From Polyangiaceae bacterium (GTDB lineage Bacteria; Myxococcota_A; Polyangia; Polyangiales; Polyangiaceae): a stretch of 64,000 bases of DNA. The notes below the pieces were generated by a model. The model was not told the DNA's origin and did not search any database. It saw only the letters and a list, made by a program, of their open reading frames with translations. Positions 1-9,400 of the stretch are shown here, one piece after another. The DNA lies in the NCBI GenBank assembly GCA_044376115.1, contig JBILLK010000003.1:192001-256000 (forward strand), read 5' to 3'. Each line of letters opens with the position of its first letter. The stretch's first letter is position 1. The translations under genes were made by a program, and so were the position numbers.

Positions 1-1614
1 GCGGCGCATGATCTCATCGCCGAGGGGCTCTAAAGCGAGCGCCCTCTCCCTCGGATTTTCGAGGCTATCGGCTTCATGCACGGCCTGGAGGAAGGTCCAA
101 GCGTCCGTGATCTTCTCGCAGTAGCGGTTGACAGCAGCGTTCGGCAGCATCCCGACTGCGGCCTTCGCTTGCATTAGGCGAGCGACGCAGTCGAAGCCGA
201 CGCGCACCAGATCTGAGCGGCTCAACCACTTGGTTTCATAGTTCATACGGTTGATTAGGGAAGCGCGCTCCATGCCTCGGCGATGCTGTTCTACCGTCTG
301 GAAGAACACCCGATAGCCGTACTCGTCAGGGTTCTCGAAGATATTGGACGCTGGGTCCAAGAACGGAATCATCGGACAGACCATCGGATTGACCGGCTGT
401 CCTTTGAATTTCTCCAGCAGGCGAGCCGCATAGACCGTCTCGTGACAGCTCGCTTCGGTTTGGTGCGGCATCCCAACGAAGAACCAGATGTCGATCGCGT
501 GAATGCCAGCTTCGATCGCTATGGGAAGCCAGGCCTCGAGTTCCTCATTCGAGTAAACGCCTCGGCCAGAGTGTTTCGCGATGACGGGGTCATGACTCTC
601 GGGCGAGAGCGTGATCGACACGCGAGAAGGGAGCTGCCCCATAGCTCGGAGCACATCGGGTGGCGTCAAATGAAACTGCTCGAAGCTGACAGACTTCAGT
701 TCGGTCGTGCCGAGTTCCTTGATAAACCAGAGCAGACGCTCCTTGGACTCGTTGTAAGAGCCCACCGAATAGAAGTGATAGTTCGATGCGTTCGCGAGTC
801 GACGCATCGAGTCGATCTCGTACGAGATCTCGGTATCCGGTTTGCGCGCCATAGCGCGCTTTTTCCCGAAGATTCTGCGAAAGGCGTCACGTGACCCGCC
901 ACACCAAGGACAGTTGTACGCGCAACCCGCGTTCTGGGTGCTGAGGATCTCGCGAATCGGGAAGCCCTTCACCTTGGGTGTGACTGGCTGCGTGGACCAG
1001 TCGATTCCGCAGCCATAGGTTTCCGGCTTGTGACCAAAGTCGTTCTCAATCGGCGACCCGAAGGCGTTCTTGAACAGCAGGTTTTGCACGCCGTCGAGTT
1101 TCTGACCGTTCTTGATACGGGACAGCAGGTCGACCATCGGCTCATGCGTGTCGTAGCCTCGCATCACCAGATCGACGAACGGGTAACGGATCAGCTCGTC
1201 GGCGAAATAGGTCGAGGAAATCCCTCCGAAAAGGATCTTGATGTCTGGACGGGCCCGCTTGAGTCGCTCGGCTACCTCCAGTGCTCCTTGCACGTGAATC
1301 ATCCAGTGCAGGTCGATCCCAACGACTGGTACGTCGAGCGCCGCAAAAACCTTTTCAACGTCCAGGTTGGGATACCGCACGAGCAAGCTCGCGAGATTGA
1401 GGAGCTTTACGTCGAAGTCCCGCTCCCCGAGAAATCTCTGCAGGGTTTTGAAGCCTACGGGAAAGTACTCGTACAAAGGCGTGATCGGCACGTCGCCGCT
1501 CGTTCCCAAAAACGGGAAGTAAAGATCTCGGCGCCGACGGAACTCAAACACGGCTGGGGCATGGAGGAGCAGCAGGTCTGCGCGAAGAGGAGAGAGCCCT
1601 CCAGATTGAACCAT
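1..1614 (-). CDS. B12-binding domain / radical SAM protein, TIGR04190 (Ta0216)-like; 3' end runs off the window
   Basis: Manual translation from ATG at 1614: MVQSGGLSPLRADLLLLHAPAVFEFRRRRDLYFPFLGTSGDVPITPLYEYFPVGFKTL...VVGIDLHWMIHVQGALEVA...ILFGGISSTYFADELIRYPFVDLVMRG...TQNAGCAYNCPWCGGS (CxxxCxxC). Absent from the ORF track, consistent with no stop inside the window. Confidence 0.85.
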   Translation of the reverse strand, partial: MVQSGGLSPLRADLLLLHAPAVFEFRRRRDLYFPFLGTSGDVPITPLYEYFPVGFKTLQRFLGERDFDVKLLNLASLLVRYPNLDVEKVFAALDVPVVGIDLHWMIHVQGALEVAERLKRARPDIKILFGGISSTYFADELIRYPFVDLVMRGYDTHEPMVDLLSRIKNGQKLDGVQNLLFKNAFGSPIENDFGHKPETYGCGIDWSTQPVTPKVKGFPIREILSTQNAGCAYNCPWCGGSRDAFRRIFGKKRAMARKPDTEISYEIDSMRRLANASNYHFYSVGSYNESKERLLWFIKELGTTELKSVSFEQFHLTPPDVLRAMGQLPSRVSITLSPESHDPVIAKHSGRGVYSNEELEAWLPIAIEAGIHAIDIWFFVGMPHQTEASCHETVYAARLLEKFKGQPVNPMVCPMIPFLDPASNIFENPDEYGYRVFFQTVEQHRRGMERASLINRMNYETKWLSRSDLVRVGFDCVARLMQAKAAVGMLPNAAVNRYCEKITDAWTFLQAVHEADSLENPRERALALEPLGDEIMRR

Positions 1615-1716
1615 CGGACTACGGTACCTTGCGCTGCGGCAGGGGCAATGTCTTCGGTGGACTAATCTTCGGACGCCCCCTTGTGTCTGCATTCCTGATA
1701 CCTTTCCTCAGCTGCC

Positions 1717-2136
1717 GTGCACAAGGAAACGCAGGACAACAACCAGCCCGCCCCAAAGGTGCGCCTAGACAAGTGGCTTTGGGCGGCCCGCTTCTTCAAG
1801 ACGCGTAGTCAGTCTCTCGAGGCGATCTCGGGCGGCCACGTGAAGTGTGGCGGGGATCGCGTCAAGGCGGGCACGACGATGCATGTGGGCATGGTGCTCG
1901 AGGTAATGCGCGCTGGTATCCCTTGGGAAATCGTGGTGCGAGCGCTATCGGACAAGCGCGGCAAGGGCGCCGATGCGGCGCTGCTTTACGAGGAAACGGA
2001 GGCTGGTCGCACGCGTCGAGAGCGAACCCAAGAAGAGCGGCGATCGCTCGCCCTGATGGCTCCAGACATGAAGGGCCGGCCCACCAAGCGCGACCGTCGC
2101 GCAATGGTGCGACTGCGAACGAGTCACCATGGTTAA
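1717..2136 (+). CDS. hslR: S4 RNA-binding domain protein, ribosome-associated heat shock protein Hsp15
   Basis: RLDKWLWAARFFKTRS, LYEET, GRPTKRDRR motifs. Confidence 0.9.
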   Translation: MHKETQDNNQPAPKVRLDKWLWAARFFKTRSQSLEAISGGHVKCGGDRVKAGTTMHVGMVLEVMRAGIPWEIVVRALSDKRGKGADAALLYEETEAGRTRRERTQEERRSLALMAPDMKGRPTKRDRRAMVRLRTSHHG

Positions 2137-3298
2137 AGGTGGTTCGCTCTCGGTCCTTTTGCTCGTGGCTTGCGGCGGGGAGTCGTCCGAGCACGGGGGT
2201 GGCGGCTCAGGCGGCTTCGCCGTTGGGGGAGGGTCGAGCTACGACTTCGGACTTCCGGCTGGGATTCCGGCTCCAAAAGTACCCAGCGACAATCCGTTGA
2301 CGGCAGAGAAGGTCGAGCTTGGGCGTCATCTGTTCTTCGATACGCGGTTGTCCGGCAACCAGACCTTCTCGTGCGCCTCCTGCCATTTACAAGCCTTGGC
2401 CTTCACTGACGCCAAAGCCGTTTCTCAGGGGTCAACTGGGGAGTTCACCGCCCGCAGCGCGATGGCCCTCACCAACGTCGCGTACCTGAGCAATTTGACC
2501 TGGGCAAACCCCACCATTACTTCTCTTGAGCAACAGGCAAAGCTCCCACTCTTTGGTGAGTTCCCCGTCGAACTCGGGCTCGCGGGCAAGGAGCAGGAGG
2601 CTTTCGCACGGCTCGCTGCCGACCCCACGTACGGTCCGCTCTTTTCGGCCGCCTACCCCGAAGAGGCCGAGCCCATCAATCTCAACAACGTATTGCAGGC
2701 GTTGGCCTCCTTTGAGCGCACTCTGCTGAGTTTTCGCAGCCCCTATGATCGTCTGGTGTATGGCGGCGACCCATCCGGCATGAGCGAGGCCGCTTTGCGC
2801 GGTAAGGAACTCTTCTTCTCGGAGAGAACCGAGTGTCACCATTGTCATGGGGGATTCAATTTCACAGACTCGTCGATCCACGAAGGTACGACGTTCGTAG
2901 AGGAGCCGTTCCATAACACTGGCCTCTATAACGTTAATGGTGATGGCTCCTACCCCGAGGGCAACGCAGGCTTGTTCGAGATAACTTTTGAGCCACAGGA
3001 TCAAGGTCGCTTTCGAGCCCCGTCGTTGCGCAACGTAGCGCTTACTGCGCCCTATATGCACGACGGTAGTGTCGCGACGCTCGAGGACGCGATCGATATC
3101 TACGCCCGCGGTGGACGGCTGATTGAGGAAGGGCCTTTCGCGGGAGATGGCGCTGATAACCCATTTAAGAGTGAGTTCGTCTCGGGTTTTGAGCTCACGG
3201 AAGGCGAGCGAACTGACCTGGTGGCGTTTCTCGCCTCACTAACGGACGAAGAGTTTCTGACTGACCCTGCCTTTGCCAATCCTTGGATTTCCGAATGA
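2129..3298 (+). CDS. Di-heme cytochrome c peroxidase/MauG superfamily lipoprotein, MbnH-like
   Basis: Lipobox LVAC, Gly linker, PSDNPLTAEKVELGRHLFFD, CASCH, LTWANP, CHHCH, FRAPSLRNVALTAPYMHDGS, YARGG. Confidence 0.88.
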   Translation: MVKGGSLSVLLLVACGGESSEHGGGGSGGFAVGGGSSYDFGLPAGIPAPKVPSDNPLTAEKVELGRHLFFDTRLSGNQTFSCASCHLQALAFTDAKAVSQGSTGEFTARSAMALTNVAYLSNLTWANPTITSLEQQAKLPLFGEFPVELGLAGKEQEAFARLAADPTYGPLFSAAYPEEAEPINLNNVLQALASFERTLLSFRSPYDRLVYGGDPSGMSEAALRGKELFFSERTECHHCHGGFNFTDSSIHEGTTFVEEPFHNTGLYNVNGDGSYPEGNAGLFEITFEPQDQGRFRAPSLRNVALTAPYMHDGSVATLEDAIDIYARGGRLIEEGPFAGDGADNPFKSEFVSGFELTEGERTDLVAFLASLTDEEFLTDPAFANPWISE

Positions 3299-3942
3299 AG
3301 TTTCGCAACTCAATTGTCGCCTTGGGTGTCCTCACGCTGGTCGCTTGCAGTGAGGAGGAAAACCCGTTGCCCGCGGGCGTTATCTACGAGGGCGGGGCGA
3401 CTGACGAAGCCCTGGAGAATCTGCTCGCGGGGACCGTCACCTTTGTCGCCGACCAGGAAGTGAAGTTTACCTGGCCTGTGGATGGCGACATCTTGCCGAC
3501 CGACGAGCCACTCTCGTTCTGCTACGCGGAGCCCGAGCCCACCGCGCGTGCACCGCGCCTTCGTCCGCCGATCGATGCGTTAGGCCGGTTCTCGCCGGGC
3601 CCCGACGAAGGCAGCGGCTGGGGATTGCACCATGACTTGCCGGAGTTCCCGCTCACGCCCCTATTCATGACGCCAACGTCTGCGTTGGCACATGGAACTC
3701 CAATCAACGGGCGTGCCTACCTGCTCAAGTTCTCTTCGGCGGCGAATGCGTCGCTCGCCACAGTGTTTACCACTCAGCTGGACTACTTCCCCGACGCCAT
3801 CGTGTTGCAGAAGCTGCACGCTGCGGAAGGCGGGGTGACTGTCGAATTGACGAGCGCCATCTTTGAGGAGAACCGAGTTACCGCTGACGGTGGGCCCTTC
3901 AAAGGGGGCAAGATCGCCATACAGTTCAGGCCGCCCAACTAG
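3295..3942 (+). CDS. Hypothetical lipoprotein, translationally coupled to the di-heme gene
   Basis: ATGA overlap at 3295-3298; MKFRNSIVALGVLTLVAC lipobox. Confidence 0.8.
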   Translation: MKFRNSIVALGVLTLVACSEEENPLPAGVIYEGGATDEALENLLAGTVTFVADQEVKFTWPVDGDILPTDEPLSFCYAEPEPTARAPRLRPPIDALGRFSPGPDEGSGWGLHHDLPEFPLTPLFMTPTSALAHGTPINGRAYLLKFSSAANASLATVFTTQLDYFPDAIVLQKLHAAEGGVTVELTSAIFEENRVTADGGPFKGGKIAIQFRPPN

Positions 3943-3943
3943 C

Positions 3944-4636
3944 TCAGCGGATGATCTCCACAACGGTGCCTTTGGGCGCGACTGCGGCGATTTCGTCGAT
4001 TTCGTTGTTGTCCAAGGCGATGCAGCCTAGGGTCCAATCGACGAGCTTGTGACGTCTTGACGGTTGATCCGCGCGATGCCCGTGAATGGCGATGGCTGAG
4101 CCAGCCCCAACTTTGGGTGGTGCGTCGCCCCGTTGAACTGCTGCTTCGTAGCGAGCACGATCAGCGTCCCCTGGGTAATCGAGGGCCAGATACGTGTGCC
4201 ACTTGCTCGGGTAGCGACCTGTAATCGTGAATCGCCCTTCGGGGGTTTTGCGGTCCCCCTCAAAGATCTTTTGCTCCAGCCCTCCGCTTCCCAGCGCAAC
4301 GGTGAAGCTTTTGACAATGGTCTGGCTACGAACGATGTGAAGCCGGTGCCGTGACTTCTCAATGAGCAGTTTGTCGGCCGGGGAGCGGCCAACCTCTTGT
4401 GCGCGGCAGGTGTAGCCTTGCGGGCAGTCCGGATCAGCTTTGGGCTCGGTTCCTGTCCCGAGGTTGAATGCAGGCGTCCCCGCTGGACCGTCTGTCGTAA
4501 CGATATGTGCCTCCGTCGTATTATCTTCTGCGTCTGCCGTAATGGCAGGTCCGCTTGTTGTTTCAGATCCGTCGCAACCGGTGACCAGGAGTGCGATTAG
4601 CCAACCGAACCGGCGCCGTCTTCCCCGGATTGTCAT
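3944..4636 (-). CDS. L,D-transpeptidase (YkuD) family lipoprotein
   Basis: VTGC lipobox; EGDRKTPEG, IAIHG...DWTLGCIAL catalytic His/Cys motif. Confidence 0.88.
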   Translation of the reverse strand: MTIRGRRRRFGWLIALLVTGCDGSETTSGPAITADAEDNTTEAHIVTTDGPAGTPAFNLGTGTEPKADPDCPQGYTCRAQEVGRSPADKLLIEKSRHRLHIVRSQTIVKSFTVALGSGGLEQKIFEGDRKTPEGRFTITGRYPSKWHTYLALDYPGDADRARYEAAVQRGDAPPKVGAGSAIAIHGHRADQPSRRHKLVDWTLGCIALDNNEIDEIAAVAPKGTVVEIIR

Positions 4637-4746
4637 AACGACTCATCGGTGCTCGGGCTTGAGCTGTGACAGGGAGCTATGGATTTCGACGTTGCGGTGG
4701 GCGCACGATGTTCCGAGAAGCCAAGGTCAAGGCAGCCGTCTCAATC

Positions 4747-5577
4747 TCAAGGCGCACTACCCGGGTCACATTCGCCCTCGAAGGCAGCGGAAGTTCCCGC
4801 ACCGTTGGCGTGGCATTCGTTGCTGTAGGTCACACCATCGCAGCCACAGACAGGCGAATAAAACTCAGGACACACTTCGGGTCGCGGTTGGCAGGTGCCC
4901 GCCGCATCAGCGGCCCCGCAGGCACTATCGTCACAGAAGAATCCATCAGCACAAGCCATGTCGGGACCACACAAGGTGGAGCCACACTCACCTTCGGTGG
5001 CCACTGAGACCCCTGCGCCATTGGCCGCACATGCATTCTGATAGCTGACACCATCGCAGCCACAGACAGGGGCGTAGAGTTCGGGGCAAACGTCGGGGAT
5101 CGCCTTGCATTCTCCCAACGCATCCGCCCCACCGCAGAGGTCGCTTGGCGCAAAGTCGCAGAACTCGTCTTCAGCACAGACAACTCCGGCGATTCCCCCG
5201 CAGCTGTCACTAGGTGGCTCAGGGGTAATGCAACCGCACCCGCAATCAGCCGAGTTGAAGCTGGTGAACCCTTCCGCGCAGCCGATCTCCTGCGCACATT
5301 CAAGCGACCCAGGCTCCCCGCGATACACCACCGACGAATTGGCCGGGTCTGGACAGTTGCTTACCGAGCAATCGGGATCTGCCTGGACGCAGAAGTCGTC
5401 ACACTGTGCATCACTGTACCAGCCCTCGAGTGCGCAGATGTCCTCACCCTCCGGTGTGACTCCGAGGAGCTCACGTCCTTGCTCTTTCGTATAGTCGCTC
5501 TCTACCGTCGAGGAACTGCAGGCACCAACGATCGGAAGGAGAACCGCAAAGGATAGGACGCGAATCGAGTAGGACAT
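4747..5577 (-). CDS. Cys-rich lipoprotein with two Kazal-type protease inhibitor domains
   Basis: Start MSYSIR after GGAG; VGAC lipobox; CPELYAPVCGCDGVSYQNAC and CPEFYSPVCGCDGVTYSNEC. Confidence 0.85.
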   Translation of the reverse strand: MSYSIRVLSFAVLLPIVGACSSSTVESDYTKEQGRELLGVTPEGEDICALEGWYSDAQCDDFCVQADPDCSVSNCPDPANSSVVYRGEPGSLECAQEIGCAEGFTSFNSADCGCGCITPEPPSDSCGGIAGVVCAEDEFCDFAPSDLCGGADALGECKAIPDVCPELYAPVCGCDGVSYQNACAANGAGVSVATEGECGSTLCGPDMACADGFFCDDSACGAADAAGTCQPRPEVCPEFYSPVCGCDGVTYSNECHANGAGTSAAFEGECDPGSAP

Positions 5578-5602
5578 GACAGCTCCTGGGTCACCTAGGT
5601 TG

Positions 5603-6310
5603 CTAAGGAATCGAGACCGTGATCGCTCGGCGCTCGACCTCGGGCGAAAGCACGTCAATCAGCAACACATCCTCGAACTCGGCCGCGACCCCGTTCGCAC
5701 TTACTGTGATGAATGCGACTCCGGAGGGCGGGAGCGATAGTGCGCTAGTGGGACTAAAGGATAGGGCTGCCTGGCCACGGCGAAGCGTGGGCGCCCCAAG
5801 CTCAACCGGGACATCACACAGGTTGCGCAGTACTATTGAAGTCGAGTCGTCGGACCCGTCCAGGCTCAGCCAGCGGGCTGGTGTCAATTCGAAGCAATCG
5901 ACAACAGGCTCAACGACGGTGAGCGCAGTACCGGTATTGTCCACCCGCAGGTCCAACGGCTCCGAGCGGGTACCAGCAACGACCTGGAACCGGAGAACCT
6001 GGCTTGGAAGCGCACTCACTGCAACCGCGAAGGACCCGTCTGCAGCAACCGGAACAGTCGAGGGAGCATCCGACTCCGACAGGTTGGTGATGACGACTTT
6101 GCCCTCCGCTGGATCGACGGTGCCAGGAGCGGCGACGAAGCTGATGATGCCAATCTGGTCAAGCGACTCCACCCCAAGCAAGCTCAACCCGTTCTCGTCG
6201 AGTGTGGGAGCGTCCTCTGGTGGGCTCGGAACTGGACTGATGCCGCATCCGCCCGCGACGGCAAGCGCCCCGAGAACGGCAAGCTGGAACAAGGAGTGAC
6301 GACGGCCCAC
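5603..6310 (-). CDS. Hypothetical lipoprotein, probably two Ig-like beta-sandwich domains
   Basis: AGGC lipobox; beta-rich sequence (VVITNL...ADGSFAVAV; IVLRNLCD...LPPSGVAFITVS). Confidence 0.7.
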   Translation of the reverse strand: MGRRHSLFQLAVLGALAVAGGCGISPVPSPPEDAPTLDENGLSLLGVESLDQIGIISFVAAPGTVDPAEGKVVITNLSESDAPSTVPVAADGSFAVAVSALPSQVLRFQVVAGTRSEPLDLRVDNTGTALTVVEPVVDCFELTPARWLSLDGSDDSTSIVLRNLCDVPVELGAPTLRRGQAALSFSPTSALSLPPSGVAFITVSANGVAAEFEDVLLIDVLSPEVERRAITVSIP

Positions 6311-6321
6311 AAGCCATCAAT

Positions 6322-6337
6322 AGCAATACTGGGACCA
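6322..6337 (-). promoter_or_regulatory. Putative sigma54 (-24/-12) promoter for the 6310/5577 lipoprotein genes
   Basis: Minus strand TGGTCCCAGTATTGCT = GG-N10-GC with TTGC, divergent from a sigma54 activator gene. Confidence 0.6.
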
Positions 6338-6407
6338 AGCTGTTTCTAGCAAGATTGCGGCATTCCGTTCTGCTTGATCGTATCAATCGCGTCTCAATCA
6401 TGACTCA

Positions 6408-9400
6408 ATGGGACTCATGGAACACTGGGAGCAAGGTGATCGCCTGCTGGGCGGTCGCTACCGCTTTGTAAGGCGACTGGGCGCTGGAGGTCTCGCCGAT
6501 GCGTTCGAGGTGTTCGACGAAGCCGCCGGGACGGTCCGCTGTCTAAAGCTCCTCCATCAGGAGCTTGAACCAGAAACTCAGTGGCTGCGTCGTGAGTTCG
6601 ACCTCTTGCGCGGCTTGCACCATCCCAACCTGGTTGAGGTCCATGACTTCGGCCGCGTGCGTATCGACTCGATTCCGCGGGCCTTTCTAACCACAACGCT
6701 GGTTCGCGGAACGACCTTGGAAAGCGCGCTAGAGCGCAGACCGATGTGGGCAGAGGTGAAATCGGCTTTTGCGGACGGGCTCAGAGGGCTTGCTTACCTG
6801 CACCGCGTCGGGATGCGGCATGGTGACTTCAAGGAAGCCAACCTGATGCTCGAGAGCGAGCGGGGAAGGGGCGTGCTTATCGATCTCTCGTGCGCCGACC
6901 GCCTCATCTCTCGGGCCTCTGGTGCAGGGACTCAGAAGTATATGGCGCCCGAACTCCAGCCTGGCCGCCGGGTGGATGCACAGGCCGATGTGTATGCAGT
7001 TGGCGTCACGTTGTCCCAAATGGCGGAAAGGCTTAGCGACGGAGAACAGCTCAAAGGCTTGGCGGCGCGGCTGTGTCAACACGACCCTGCGGCGCGTCCA
7101 CATGGAATCGAAGCGGTGCTCGAAGCCCTCGATGAAGACTTGCACCAGCGCGCCTATGTCCCGGTAAGCAGCCCCACCTTCCTCGGGCGAGCTAGCGAGT
7201 TGCGCGATGTGGTTCTGCTAGCGGAGGACGTCGTACGGGCCAAAACAGGTCCTCGGATCGTTCAGATCGCTGGTCCATCTGGAGTCGGCCGTTCGCGGTT
7301 CTTACGCGAAATAAAGTGGTCTCTGACGAGTCTCCTCGATGTCGTTGAAGGCTATGCAGAACAACCGCAGTCGATTCAAGCCATGCTGACGCGTGCAACC
7401 GGATTGACTCTACCGGCGTCCAACCTTGCAGCTCTTCAGGCCGTTAATGCACTGGCTAGTCGCCAATCCGCGGTGGCGCTCGTCCTAGACGACGCTGATA
7501 AGCTAGAGGCAGACCAGCGTGAGCTTTTTGAGGTGCTGACGAGGACGATAGAGGCTCATCAGCCACTGCTAATTGTCTTCACAACGAAGCAACCATCCAA
7601 CGAACTTGACGATCAGCAACGAACATTCGTACTCGAGCCCCTGACGCGAGAGCAGGTGGGGCAGTGGCTCGAGGTCTGCGGACATAGTGCTAAAGGCCTC
7701 TACGACAAGATCGGTGGGCACCCAGCAGACATCGAGCGAGGCATCCGCGCACTTCACCACGGCACTCCTCCGACAGAACTCGAAGGTGCCGTTGCGGAGG
7801 GTCGGATAGCGAGCTCAACGCCGCCAGCCGACTGCCGTCGGCTGGTTGCTCTGCTCGCATTGTCTCACACCCCGCTGCCGACTGAGGCCCTCCTGCACCT
7901 CGCCGAACTAACGGTCTTGCCCGATGCCTTCTTCGACTTAGGCACACAAAAGACGGCCCAAGGCTGGACGTTAGTGGTCAAGCCGCCGCAAGAATCCGTT
8001 GTTAGTTGGATTGGTGCACACGAGGCGAATGCCCTGCACGTCCGGCTTGCGCAGTATGCTCTAGAGCTCGCACCCACCCTGGGATCGGCTGGCTTTGCCC
8101 GAGCTGCGTGGCACTTCTTCTCGGCAGGCCAGCTTCCTCGCGCCATCGGACTATTCGAGAGCAAGAAGCAGCAACGAGAGCTACTGCCCAGGCCTTGGGT
8201 TAAACTCGCCGAGCGCGTTCCGAAGGACTCGGAGAGCGCCCCTTCGGCAGCAAAAACGCTTCTACTGGCAGGTGAGCCCAGTCGAGCGCTCGACCTTCTT
8301 GGCGCGACCTCGAGCTCGTACTCACCTGAAGTTCGATTGATACGTGCCGAGTGCCAGCTCGAACTAGGTGATACACAAGCATGTATCTCCACCCTCGAGC
8401 AGGAGTCCTTCGGCGACTCTGAACAAGATGCGCGAGCGCAACTGCTCAAGGCAAGGGCGGCCCTCCGCTTGGGCTACAATGAGCAGGCCGCTGCATGTGC
8501 TGAAGCGGGCCTCGCTATTCAGCCCCCGACAAGGCAACGAGGAGAATTGCACGAGTGCGCTGGGGTCGCTGCGCTTTATCTAGGTAAGTACGAGCAAGCA
8601 AAAGAGCAGCTCAACCTGGCAGCTCAGCTAGGGGACCATGCGCGCGATCCAAAAAGGCTTTTTCGAGCCGTTTCCTACGAGGCAATCCTCGCGTTCAGGC
8701 AAGGTGACATGCCTAGGGCGATGCAAGGGTATCGTCGAGCGCATACAATTGCAGAAGACAACGGGATCGTCGATCAGCTCGCGCGGACTTCGCTTAACCT
8801 TGGTAGCGCCCTGCATCAGGAAGCAAGTTACGCCGAGGCGCTAGTACAATACGAACGTGGCGAGCGGCTCGCGCGCGCACTAGGCCAGCGAGACTTGCTC
8901 CTTGTGTTTGCTTGCAACTCGGCAAAGCTACATGCCGATCTCTTCGATCTGGACCGAGCTGAAACCCAAGCTACTCGTCTACGAGTTCGAGCGGAACGAG
9001 ATGGGGCCAAGTTCTTTGTCGCAGCGGCAGATACGGTGTTAGCCGAGGTACAGGAGGGTCGTAGGCATCTAGCCGAGTCCTATCACCTCCACGCCCAAGC
9101 AAAGCAGACCCTCGCAGAACTTGGAGCGCATCGCGAGGCCCTTGAAGAGGAAGTCGAGCTGGCGCGGGTTGCGGTCGCACGTGGTCTCATTGCCGACGCG
9201 CGAGGCCACCTGGCTACCGTGCAACGCGCACAGCTACCGCACGATATAGAGGTAAAGTCGCTGGTCGTAAGCTCCGACCTAGCTAGAGCTGAAAACGAGA
9301 GTGAGCGGGCGCACGCGCTTTTGGCCAAGGCCCAACTCAAAGCGGAAAAGCTCCACCAGCCGGCTGTGCTAGCGTTGGTGCTCGGGCGCTTGGTGCGGAC

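Noticed and set aside
283..1665. ORFs 283..894 and 1030..1665 on the + strand
   Set aside because: Antisense shadows of the minus-strand radical SAM gene; no motifs of their own.
2129..3298. Methanobactin biosynthetic cluster
   Set aside because: No mbnA/B/C-like genes or TonB receptor nearby; MbnH homologs are widespread outside such clusters.
4737..4746. CGTCTCAATC also present at 6390-6399, suggesting a second activator site
   Set aside because: A single 10-mer match can arise by chance, and there is no convincing -24/-12 promoter upstream of 4636.
5619..6299. Long antisense ORFs (also 24491..25213, 25682..26548, 27154..27849 and others)
   Set aside because: Expected stop-poor shadow frames in high-GC DNA opposite well-supported genes.
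6374..6386. FNR box (TTGAT...ATCAA)
   Set aside because: Spacer is 3 nt rather than the 4 nt of the FNR consensus.
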